This document shows, one piece after another, positions 29,778 through 38,878 of a stretch of DNA of 64,000 nucleotides. Origin of the DNA: Akkermansiaceae bacterium (GTDB lineage: Bacteria > Verrucomicrobiota > Verrucomicrobiia > Verrucomicrobiales > Akkermansiaceae). The first letter of the stretch is position 1. Each line of letters opens with the position of its first letter. Where the stretch lies: positions 32,001 to 96,000 of the forward strand of contig JBPOGF010000012.1 of the NCBI GenBank assembly GCA_051251915.1, read 5' to 3'. The position numbers were made by a program, and so were the translations under genes. The notes under the pieces are model-generated. The model ran no database searches and was not told the DNA's origin. It saw only the letters and a list, made by a program, of their open reading frames with translations.

Positions 29778-32609
29778 TTACTGAGGGAAATACTTCGCTA
29801 GATGAGGGTATTTCTTCCTGATGCTTTGCTGCTTTAGGAACAGCGTCTTCTTCTGTTCAGTCACTAGATGGTTAAAATTCACCAGCTGTTTTTCTAGCTG
29901 CGCATCTTTGACCACTAATTGCCAATGAAAAAGCTTCTCCCCCTCCACCTTCTCCACATGAGGCCCCAGCACTTTGACTATCGCCTCACTATTCTTTTTC
30001 AGTAATTTGTTCTTATTAAATTTGAGAGTGATTTCTTTTGGAGTATTTCCAGGCCTCCTTAACTCCACTCGCGCTTCCCACATGTTACCATCGTCAGATA
30101 GTTTCTTGACCTTCACTAGAGGCTGATTCGTGGCGATGAAATTAAGCGACTTCTCTTTTTGAGTATTCGCGAGTAACAGCATATCTCGCTCTGTTGCCGT
30201 TTCCTTTTGCCAGATCTGTCTAGCCTCAAGCGCTTCTTTCTCCTCCTTAGCCGCATTAAGCTTTTGTTTTTCCTCTAGCTCAGCGAGTAGCTTTTCTTGC
30301 TTGGCCGCTTCCTCCTGCTGCTTCTGAGTAAAGTTAAGCTCATCCCCTATCAGCCCCTCTATCTCGGCTCTCAAAACGGAAGTTTCTATCGCCCATTCAC
30401 CTTTCTCCAGTGCATCTACTCCAGCCAGAGCCTCATTATATTGCTTCAAGCCCACTAAATCTTTGATCTCAGTAATAGCAGCCAACGCTTCCTGCTGCAG
30501 CTTCTCATTCCGAGCCTCCGCCTCTGGATCAAGCTCCACTTTCCCCACAGCAGGAACTAGCTCCCCCTCCTCACTATGGGAATCTTCACTACCTCCACCC
30601 ATACCCGCTACAGCGGTCTCAGTATTTTTAGCCTGAAAAACCTGATACCCCACAACCCCAACCGCCACTAATAACCCTGCCGCTATCACCCCCTTGGTCT
30701 TCCCCTTGGAAACACTAGTGCTATCCTTCGGAACGCTACCCGCCCGAGCTTCCGTTTTGGTTTGAGGTTTCATCTCCCGCTCTACCTTTTTAAACTCCTC
30801 TTCCTTCCTTTCCGCCACCTCGTCCTCCCGAGCAAGAACTGTATCTCCCTTTAAAAGAGACGCTCTATCAACTACCACTGGAGAAGCTATTTCCACACTG
30901 TTTGAAATTTTACTATCCTCAGAACTCATGCTCTTCCCATTCACATTCAGCTCGTAAAGATGATGAAACATTTCAGCACAAGATTCAGGATGCTCACTAG
31001 CCCCAATCACCTCTCTCAAATAGTCATTACTTTCCTCAGAAAATAATGAACTAGGAACATAAGCCGTTTTGCTTAAAAATGCAGTTTGCTTAATTGGCAT
31101 TCCAGTATGAAGCCTGTAAACCAATGCCGCAAACCCAGTGACAGAATCAGGAGCCAGATCCTCACCTGCAATTGTCTTCATATTAAGTTCACTATCATCA
31201 TTCGGAGCCAAACGAGGCAAAATCATTACCTCTAACTTATCAGATTTCACACACTCTGACCACTCCTCCTCACTCAGAGGCTCTTTATGAGGGTGATCAG
31301 TATCTCCTAAGTGAATAAATTTATCATCAAGTTCTAGCTGAGTAAATCCAGCATTCGACGCCTGATCGATGGCCTTCCCTAACTTCTCGAAAACTAATCT
31401 ATAGTCTTCAATGTTCAGCTTCTTATGAGACTTCAACAGACCAGAAAGCTTACCTCTAAGTAATGGCTCACAATAATAAACCCTCTCACCATTATGCTCA
31501 CCATAACTCACAAACTGGATCACTTGGTTCCCTTCCAATTTACTCTCAAGTAAAGCTAGCTCCAGTTGAGGCACAGAGCTGCTGTTAGGTTTGTATAAAG
31601 TGCTAGTCTCATTCTCAGCCTCATTTGTGGCATAAAAATAATCCCCGTATGAAAAATGATGAATGAGCTCTAAATCCAACTCCTGACCTACTTCCGCCAC
31701 TAAATCCGCCTCCATCTCTCCCGCCTCAGCAGCACACTGCTCTTCACGGATCGCTCGGATTACATCCTCCGCTGTAGCGAAACGATCTTCCTTTTTCTTA
31801 CTTAAAAGCCTCCCTAAAATATACTTTCCATCCTCCTCAAGATCATCAGGTAATTGATGACTGTATTCTTCTTCCTGTAGTCTCGTATGCACCAGACTAG
31901 CTGTTGCCGCTCCACCAAATGGAGAACCACCACAAAGCACATACCATAAAGTCACACCAAGTGAAAACAGATCACTCCGTTCATCTAGCTCAAATTCGTG
32001 AAGTTGTTCTGGTGATGCAGTCAATGGATTCCCCATGAATGACCCCTGAACGGTCAGCATAGAATCTTCAGTTTTTATACCACTTTCCTCCAAGGCTTTC
32101 ACCATCCCGAAATCGATCAATTTTAGTGAGTCGATATCATCAGGCCTTTGCAGCATGATGTTAGAAGGCTTAAGATCTCTATGGAGGAAGCCATTCTGAT
32201 GAGCCTCAGAAACAGCCTCGAGAATTTGTAATGCTACATTTCTCACCACTGACCATGGCTGGGCTCCATTCGCTAAAGAATATTCCTGTAGATTCCCACC
32301 ATCACAATAATCTAACACATAATAAAAAACCCCACCTTCAACACCAAAGTCATGAACCCGCGCTATTTTCGTGGAGCTCAACGAAAAAGTAGCTTTTGCC
32401 TCACGTAGAAATCTCTGTTTGACTTGCTCACTATCATTGAACTGATCATTGATAATCTTGAGTGCATAGGCTCCACCTAAGTGCTTATGTTCAGCTTTAT
32501 AAGTCGTCCCAAATGCCCCCTTACCAAGTGTCCACAATGCTCCATCCTGCTTGAGTATTCTATAGTTACCCAGCTCAGTATCACCCGCATTATCTGTATT
32601 CTTAGTCAT
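29778..32609 (-). CDS. Membrane Ser/Thr protein kinase with second degenerate kinase-like domain
   Basis: GKGAFG, ALK, HRDLKPSN, DFG, SPEQ, SDLFSLG; second kinase-like fold; TM segment near aa 640-660; coiled-coil C-terminus. Confidence 0.88.
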   Translation of the reverse strand: MTKNTDNAGDTELGNYRILKQDGALWTLGKGAFGTTYKAEHKHLGGAYALKIINDQFNDSEQVKQRFLREAKATFSLSSTKIARVHDFGVEGGVFYYVLDYCDGGNLQEYSLANGAQPWSVVRNVALQILEAVSEAHQNGFLHRDLKPSNIMLQRPDDIDSLKLIDFGMVKALEESGIKTEDSMLTVQGSFMGNPLTASPEQLHEFELDERSDLFSLGVTLWYVLCGGSPFGGAATASLVHTRLQEEEYSHQLPDDLEEDGKYILGRLLSKKKEDRFATAEDVIRAIREEQCAAEAGEMEADLVAEVGQELDLELIHHFSYGDYFYATNEAENETSTLYKPNSSSVPQLELALLESKLEGNQVIQFVSYGEHNGERVYYCEPLLRGKLSGLLKSHKKLNIEDYRLVFEKLGKAIDQASNAGFTQLELDDKFIHLGDTDHPHKEPLSEEEWSECVKSDKLEVMILPRLAPNDDSELNMKTIAGEDLAPDSVTGFAALVYRLHTGMPIKQTAFLSKTAYVPSSLFSEESNDYLREVIGASEHPESCAEMFHHLYELNVNGKSMSSEDSKISNSVEIASPVVVDRASLLKGDTVLAREDEVAERKEEEFKKVEREMKPQTKTEARAGSVPKDSTSVSKGKTKGVIAAGLLVAVGVVGYQVFQAKNTETAVAGMGGGSEDSHSEEGELVPAVGKVELDPEAEARNEKLQQEALAAITEIKDLVGLKQYNEALAGVDALEKGEWAIETSVLRAEIEGLIGDELNFTQKQQEEAAKQEKLLAELEEKQKLNAAKEEKEALEARQIWQKETATERDMLLLANTQKEKSLNFIATNQPLVKVKKLSDDGNMWEARVELRRPGNTPKEITLKFNKNKLLKKNSEAIVKVLGPHVEKVEGEKLFHWQLVVKDAQLEKQLVNFNHLVTEQKKTLFLKQQSIRKKYPHLAKYFPQ

Positions 32610-32666
32610 CTAATCTCTGATTATCATCCTTAAGCTTAACTATTATACATACAATATAATTATCAC

Positions 32667-35309
32667 TCATTTTAGCTTTTTGAGCGCCTTCTTGGCATTT
32701 TCATTGCCTCCTACTGCTGCCTTTGTAAACCATTCCTTCGCCTTAATCGCACTTCTTTTACCTACTCCAACTCCATTATAATAACACACCCCTAAATTAT
32801 ACTGAGACAATATATGACCCTGCTCAGCTGCCATCGTATACCATTTCACAGCAAGCTTTGAATTCTTCTTAACACCCAAGCCCTTTGTATAAAAAACCCC
32901 CATATTATACTGAGATTCTACAATGCCAGCTTCAGCCGCTTTGAGATGTAATTCTACAGCCTTAGAGCTATTTTTTTTTACCACTTTTCCATCAGCATAC
33001 ATATTACCTAGGTCTCGTTGTGCTTCAGGATGACCCTGTTCTGAAGATTTCATATACCACTCCAACGCAGACTTATCACTCTTAATCACACCAATCCCAT
33101 TTTCATAACACTTCCCTAGGTTATGCTGACCTCTAGCATAACCCTGTTCAGCAGACCTGCGTAACCAGCTAACAGCCATCTTAGGATCGCGCTTCACACC
33201 TTTGCCAATAACATAGAGCTTTCCTAAATCACACTGTGATGCAGCATCTCCATTCTCCGCCGCTTCAGTGATCCACCTAACCGCTTCCTTAGGATCCATA
33301 CCTGACTTTATTCCCTCACGGTAGAAATCTCCAAGATGAGGGATAGCACGCTCATTCCCCTGCTCCGCAGACTTACGATACCAGCTCATAGCTTCCTTGA
33401 AGTCTTTCTCCACCCCATATCCCTCCTTATAACATTCAGCGAGATTATACTGCGCACTAGCATAGCCCAGCTCAGCTGATTTACGGTACCAACTCGTTGA
33501 CTGCATTAGATTCTTCTCCACTCCCTCACCCGCATCATACATCCAGCCTAACAAATTCATTGCTATCACATTGTCTCTCTCAGCAGCCTTTTGGAAATTT
33601 TCTAACGCCTTGCCATAATCCTGAGTAACCCCATCGCCGTGATAATACTTTAACCCCAGCTCAAAAAACTTCTCTCTATACAATAGCTTAGCTCCTTCAT
33701 GCCCTTGTGCAGATGCCATCTTATACCAGCCATCGGCTATTTCCTCATTCTGACTAACACCTATTCCCTGTTGATACATTTTACCCAACAAAAACTGAGC
33801 AGCCACATCTCCTCCCCGGGCTCCATCCTCTAACAGATCCAAATCCACTGCCTTGCTAAAATCATCAGGAAAACGTTCCCCACCTTCAGACAGTTGAACT
33901 GCTAGCTGACTATTCTGAGCCACTAAAAAAGCCAATTCACGTTTCTCAGCTGCGCGCTTAGCCAGCTCAGCCTCTTCAGTAAGCCTTTTTTCTTCTACAA
34001 GTAAAGCATCCTGCCTTGCTTGCTCTGCTCGCCTCTCTTGCTCTATCAGTTCATTCCTAGAACTTTTGATATCTAGCACCAGACTGTGTATCTCTGAATC
34101 AACTAGATCTAGAACAGGGTTAACCACATCTGTATTATCAACTGGTACAGCGACATCAACCTCTCCTATATTATCAATTGCAGCCAATTTCGGCTTATCT
34201 TGGACAGGGAAATTTTCACCTCCATTTTGACTGTACCAATACGCACCTGCTCCAATAAGAGCGATGAAAGCTAAACCCATGAAAGCTTTAAGACCATTAC
34301 TTGACGCTTCCGTCTGCCCACCCTCTGCACTTATTGTCCACGCCTTGGTATCCGTCGAACTCCATTTAGGTTTCTGCTTAGACTTTGATTTAAATTTTGA
34401 TTTAGCCCGAGATATCGATGACTGATGAGCATCTTGTAACAATAACTTGAGCTCACTTATATTTTGAAATCTAAGCTCCGGCTGCTGCTGCATCGCCTTG
34501 ATCACCACTTCATCATACTTCACATCAACCTGAGCCTTCAGACTAGGAGGTGCAAAAATACCTTTGGGTAAAGTCCCTGTCAGAAGTTCATAAAGCATCA
34601 CTCCCAACGCATAAATATCTGCGCGGCAATCTACTCCATGCCCCGTAGATTGCTCAGGTGCCATATAGTCGGGAGTGCCCATCACCTGCCCCACTTTTGT
34701 CACCCCATAGTTTGTGTCATTGTTCAGCAGTTTAGCTAAACCAAAGTCCGTCACCTTCACCCGCCCCAACTTATCGATCATGATGTTGGCCGGCTTCACA
34801 TCCCGATGCACAAAGCCACTCTCATGTGCATACTCTAGCGCATCACAAACCTGCATCAAAATCTCCATCGCCCTAGACTCCTCAAGGTCACCTTGTTTAA
34901 TAAGTTCAGACAGATCCAGACCATCAACAAACTCCATCACATAATAAACATGCCCCTCACTAGTCCTCCCGAAATCATAAATCGTCATGATGTTCGGGTG
35001 GTTCAAGCTTGCCATTGCTCGAGCCTCTAAAATAAATCGATCCTCAAACCCCGGCTCCTCACTCACCTCAAGCGGCAATAACTTCAAAGCACAGACACGA
35101 TTCAGATCCCTCTGCGTCACGTTATACACCGCACCCATACCGCCTTTAGCTATCATGCTATCTACCTTATAGCCTGTTACGATGCGCTCTAGTTGGTTCA
35201 CCGCTGGAGGCACCCAGTGGCTTAGGTTCCCACTGCCTGCTTCCGTCAGCATACCACGAGCCATCAGCTCATCTGGTTTTAGTCCTGATAAAACAAACTC
35301 TTCTTTCAT
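32667..35309 (-). CDS. Membrane Ser/Thr protein kinase with extracytoplasmic Sel1-like repeats
   Basis: KGGMGAVY, HRDVKPAN, DFG, GTPDYMAPEQ; TM helix; about ten Sel1 repeats (AQYNLA.CY..G.GV.KD). Confidence 0.92.
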   Translation of the reverse strand: MKEEFVLSGLKPDELMARGMLTEAGSGNLSHWVPPAVNQLERIVTGYKVDSMIAKGGMGAVYNVTQRDLNRVCALKLLPLEVSEEPGFEDRFILEARAMASLNHPNIMTIYDFGRTSEGHVYYVMEFVDGLDLSELIKQGDLEESRAMEILMQVCDALEYAHESGFVHRDVKPANIMIDKLGRVKVTDFGLAKLLNNDTNYGVTKVGQVMGTPDYMAPEQSTGHGVDCRADIYALGVMLYELLTGTLPKGIFAPPSLKAQVDVKYDEVVIKAMQQQPELRFQNISELKLLLQDAHQSSISRAKSKFKSKSKQKPKWSSTDTKAWTISAEGGQTEASSNGLKAFMGLAFIALIGAGAYWYSQNGGENFPVQDKPKLAAIDNIGEVDVAVPVDNTDVVNPVLDLVDSEIHSLVLDIKSSRNELIEQERRAEQARQDALLVEEKRLTEEAELAKRAAEKRELAFLVAQNSQLAVQLSEGGERFPDDFSKAVDLDLLEDGARGGDVAAQFLLGKMYQQGIGVSQNEEIADGWYKMASAQGHEGAKLLYREKFFELGLKYYHGDGVTQDYGKALENFQKAAERDNVIAMNLLGWMYDAGEGVEKNLMQSTSWYRKSAELGYASAQYNLAECYKEGYGVEKDFKEAMSWYRKSAEQGNERAIPHLGDFYREGIKSGMDPKEAVRWITEAAENGDAASQCDLGKLYVIGKGVKRDPKMAVSWLRRSAEQGYARGQHNLGKCYENGIGVIKSDKSALEWYMKSSEQGHPEAQRDLGNMYADGKVVKKNSSKAVELHLKAAEAGIVESQYNMGVFYTKGLGVKKNSKLAVKWYTMAAEQGHILSQYNLGVCYYNGVGVGKRSAIKAKEWFTKAAVGGNENAKKALKKLK

Positions 35310-35411
35310 ACATCTATTATTGCCATATTTAGCAACAAATTACCATAAAAGATCGATTATACGCGAGGTTAATCATTGCCACACACCTAAGAATTTTGAT
35401 AAAATAAATCT

Positions 35412-36230
35412 ATGTTTAATAAATGCCATTTTATAAAACCCTTCATCTCTCTCTCGCTAATTCTAACCTCAATAGGTTCCATTAGCTGCACAGGGATACA
35501 AGGAAATATAAAAGCTCCAGCCTCAACAGCAAAAGCGATTAATCAAAACACCGTCCACCGAAATGGCTGTGGAATTTCCTCACTGATCAATGCATATCGT
35601 TTCGGTTCCCCGAAATGGCAATCTGCTACAAATAAAATTGCAGGCACTACCGATAAAGAACAATTTAACTTCATCGCCAACAACTACGGCAACGTAGCAT
35701 CCAAATACTCACCAGGAACAAGACGATGGGAAAACAGCACCGGCATCAGCTCCATCGACCTCAAAGACCTAGCCAATGACTTCCAAAATAGACAGAACCT
35801 TTCACTACCAAACCTCAAACTCACCACACACTACGTTCAAGCAAACGAACCACACACCGCATTACTGAAGCGAACTCACCGTCAGCTGAAAAGCTCACTT
35901 CGCAGTGGATTCCCTGCTATCTTAAGCATCAAACACCTAGCTGGAAGCAAAGTAGAAGGACACATCGTCGTCCTCTACGAAATACCCGCATCCATTCCAT
36001 CAAGTGCCACTTCATTCCCCATCAAATACGTTGACCCCCTCGGTGGCATTGTGAAATCTGGCTTAATTAGAGTCCCTGGTAATTCATTCTCATCAGTAGA
36101 TTTCTCAACCGGTAGTCTAAAGCTCATCAAGGCGCGCACGCTAAGTATGGACCTCCCCCAGTCAGACATTGCCAAACGCTACCGTAGCACCGGTGACAAC
36201 ATCGTCCTCTCAGCAAGTATCGCACCCTAA
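35412..36230 (+). CDS. Putative lipoprotein with papain-like (C39-like) cysteine peptidase motifs
   Basis: Lipobox-like SISC; NQ...NGCGISS, GHIVVL and YVDP fit a Q/C-H-D catalytic set. Confidence 0.55.
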   Translation: MFNKCHFIKPFISLSLILTSIGSISCTGIQGNIKAPASTAKAINQNTVHRNGCGISSLINAYRFGSPKWQSATNKIAGTTDKEQFNFIANNYGNVASKYSPGTRRWENSTGISSIDLKDLANDFQNRQNLSLPNLKLTTHYVQANEPHTALLKRTHRQLKSSLRSGFPAILSIKHLAGSKVEGHIVVLYEIPASIPSSATSFPIKYVDPLGGIVKSGLIRVPGNSFSSVDFSTGSLKLIKARTLSMDLPQSDIAKRYRSTGDNIVLSASIAP

Positions 36231-36241
36231 AAAATACCACC

Positions 36242-37027
36242 TTATTTAGCGAGCGCTAGCTGATGAAGTAAAGCGAGTAATGACGCCCAGCTTTTCTGAT
36301 CGGCTAGCTTATTGTAAGCAGCTCCTTTGCTAGGATCGTTGCCAGCCATTTTCTGCGTAAATGCATGAACTGCATCTGGGTAAGAAATAAACACCAGCTC
36401 CTTGTTGTTAACCATCATTTCGTTCATGAAAGCAGCGAGATCATTCGGCTTAACAAAAGGATCCACCGCACCGTGGTGCACCACTACTTTAGCTTTTATA
36501 TCAGCTCCATCTTTCAAATTCGGAGAATCAAGCCCTCCATGAAAACTCACCACCGTGCTAACATCAGCACCAGCACGAGCCAGCTCGATCACACCAGTGC
36601 CTCCAAAACAATACCCGATCGCCACGATCTTATTCTTATCAATATTTCCAAGCCCCTTTGCTGTTTCTAATCCAGCAAGTAATCGTTGGCGGAATAGCTT
36701 GCGGTCATTTTTATAAATCGTTGCTTGCTGCCCAGCCTCAGCATTATCCTTAGGACGGATTCCCTTACCGTAAATATCAACACAGAAAACATTATTACCC
36801 AGCTTAGCTAGTGCATCTGCACGGTCCTTTTCATACTGAGTAAGCCCCTTCCACTGATGAACAATGACTACCAATGGCTGTTTCACATCTGTAGAAGCAG
36901 TGGCTACATGGTAACCTTCAAGTAGAGTATCACCGTCTTTGTATTCTACTATTTTACGTTCAATAGCTTGAACAGATGATACGAGGGCGAACGCTGCGAC
37001 AATAATGGATGTGAATATAGATTTCAT
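36242..37027 (-). CDS. Secreted dienelactone hydrolase family protein
   Basis: Signal peptide, GYCFGG nucleophile motif, SFHG, HGAVD, HAF. Confidence 0.9.
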   Translation of the reverse strand: MKSIFTSIIVAAFALVSSVQAIERKIVEYKDGDTLLEGYHVATASTDVKQPLVVIVHQWKGLTQYEKDRADALAKLGNNVFCVDIYGKGIRPKDNAEAGQQATIYKNDRKLFRQRLLAGLETAKGLGNIDKNKIVAIGYCFGGTGVIELARAGADVSTVVSFHGGLDSPNLKDGADIKAKVVVHHGAVDPFVKPNDLAAFMNEMMVNNKELVFISYPDAVHAFTQKMAGNDPSKGAAYNKLADQKSWASLLALLHQLALAK

Positions 37028-37109
37028 ACCTTCAAACTAGCACATGAAGGCACTTCGTAAAGTGAGAACTAAAAACTACTTTAAATCTGTTGGTGCTCTT
37101 CTTATCGAC

Positions 37110-37143
37110 AAAAAAATTGCACGGTCTAATGCCCGTGCAATTT
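37110..37143 (-). terminator. Intrinsic terminator ending the ACIII-oxidase operon
   Basis: AAATTGCACGG/CCGTGCAATTT stem followed by a T run on the minus strand, ~35 nt after the coxB stop. Confidence 0.8.
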
Positions 37144-37177
37144 ATTCTAAAATAATGAAATTAATTAACTATCTGAG

Positions 37178-37996
37178 TTACTCCGCACTGCTCGCAAAAG
37201 CTTTTTCAGAATCAGCTTTAGAAGCATCACTGCGCTCCTTGTGGAAGGATGCAAATGACTTTTGAGACTCAACCGTCATAGTCGTAACCATGTTCGCGTG
37301 ACCTGATCCACATAGCTGTCCACAAACGACTGATGTCTCCATCTCTTCATTAGGCGTGAACCACATTGGGATATCCTTACCAGGGAAAGCATCCTGTTGG
37401 ATACGCATTGGGATGATTGAGAAGTTATGGATTACATCAGTAGAAGTCACCTGTAGAATCAATGGTCTGCCCACTGGAATTCTGAGTTTATCAGCAGTGA
37501 AGTCATCCCAACCATTCTTATCGTCTGGCACAATGCATGGATCACCTTTCTTAGAAACGAGTGAGCGATCAATGTAACCAAACTTACCATCTTCTCCAGC
37601 ATAATGGAAATTCCAGTTGAACTGGAAACCAACCGCTCTCACACGAACTGGATTCTCAGAAAGGATACGATCATAGCCATCAGTTCTCTCGCTCCAAAGC
37701 GGGAATGCGAAACCTAATAGAAGTACAGCTTCTACGATCACCACTCCAACCTCAAGGTGAGTAGAAAGATGACTTTCTACTCCATAATAAGAAGCCTTAG
37801 GGTTTTTCTTAGCTCTGAACTTAATCAGCGAAACGATGAAGAAGATAGTCCAACCGATAAAGAGCGCGATCATGAACCAAGTAACCACATCAATCATGTG
37901 ACCAACTGTGTCACCGTGTTGAGAGTAATTCTTAGGTAGTCCCATCCACTCTGCTGGTGAAAAGGCAATTGTGTTGAATATGTTCTGAATAAACAT
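37178..37996 (-). CDS. coxB: Cytochrome c oxidase subunit II (CuA)
   Basis: Two TM helices, QFNWNFHY, DVIHNF, CGQLCGSGHANM CuA motif. Confidence 0.92.
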   Translation of the reverse strand: MFIQNIFNTIAFSPAEWMGLPKNYSQHGDTVGHMIDVVTWFMIALFIGWTIFFIVSLIKFRAKKNPKASYYGVESHLSTHLEVGVVIVEAVLLLGFAFPLWSERTDGYDRILSENPVRVRAVGFQFNWNFHYAGEDGKFGYIDRSLVSKKGDPCIVPDDKNGWDDFTADKLRIPVGRPLILQVTSTDVIHNFSIIPMRIQQDAFPGKDIPMWFTPNEEMETSVVCGQLCGSGHANMVTTMTVESQKSFASFHKERSDASKADSEKAFASSAE

Positions 37997-38005
37997 GATA
38001 GTATA

Positions 38006-38251
38006 TTATTTAGTAGAGTTGTTGTCGGTTAGAAATGGGTCGTCATACTGGCTGTCAGCATGTGCTTTCTGGCGCTTAGCAATACGATAAATGAAGAACC
38101 CTACCATCGCTAACATTGGGATAATGATGCAGAGCATGAACATGATAGCCCAGCCGGCAGCGTCTTTCCCACCGTGCTCAAAGGCTCCCCTACATGCTTG
38201 GCAAGCAAGTGTGAGGTTACTAGTAATGTGTTGGATTGATTGAGAGATCAT
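38006..38251 (-). CDS. Small membrane protein with N-terminal CxxC
   Basis: 81 aa, ACQAC then one TM helix; tightly packed in the cox operon. Confidence 0.65.
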   Translation of the reverse strand: MISQSIQHITSNLTLACQACRGAFEHGGKDAAGWAIMFMLCIIIPMLAMVGFFIYRIAKRQKAHADSQYDDPFLTDNNSTK

Positions 38252-38253
38252 TT

Positions 38254-38457
38254 TTAACTGAATTTGTTAGCAGATTTTTTATAGAAACTGATTCCGTAAA
38301 TAGGGAGACAGATTGCAGCAAGCGCGCACGAATAGCCCAGGATCTTAAACACTACGTCCTGATTCTCCCGCTCTATATACAACGCCCAGATCGCTACACC
38401 TAGACAGAACAAGGTGACGAAGGAGATGAATAAGATGTGGAATGCGCGTAGTGACAT
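38254..38457 (-). CDS. Small 2-TM membrane protein (oxidase-associated)
   Basis: 67 aa starting MSLRAFHILFI, two TM helices, operonic spacing. Confidence 0.7.
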   Translation of the reverse strand: MSLRAFHILFISFVTLFCLGVAIWALYIERENQDVVFKILGYSCALAAICLPIYGISFYKKSANKFS

Positions 38458-38479
38458 GGTATTTTGAGATAGTAATTTA

Positions 38480-38830
38480 TTATTGAACGACTCCGTCAGG
38501 CATCATTCCCTTAAATGTGATTGGATCTAGGAAGCCAAATGCAAAGAGCAAGATCAAGACTAATCCGAAGAACAAAGCTCCTAGGAAAATCCAGTAGATT
38601 GCCCTCTTCTCGTGGTTAAGGTGCATGAAAATGATCGCTACTAAGCTCGCCTTGAATGTTGCGATGATCAGTCCTATGATAGCATCTACATGATCGAACC
38701 CGTGTTCACCAAAGTCCAGCGCAGGCACAGTGGCTACTGCCACAGTGATACCCGTGAAGATAAATAAGGTTAGCCCGATTAACTTGTAGAGCTTGAGTGA
38801 TTTTTGAATTGCTTCTGGTGAGTCAGCCAT
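38480..38830 (-). CDS. coxD: Cytochrome c oxidase subunit IV
   Basis: Three TM helices, IATFKASLVAIIFMHL motif. Confidence 0.85.
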   Translation of the reverse strand: MADSPEAIQKSLKLYKLIGLTLFIFTGITVAVATVPALDFGEHGFDHVDAIIGLIIATFKASLVAIIFMHLNHEKRAIYWIFLGALFFGLVLILLFAFGFLDPITFKGMMPDGVVQ

Positions 38831-38878
38831 AATGTGAAATTAATGTTGAATTATTTTAAAAATGATAAGTTGCTTCAA

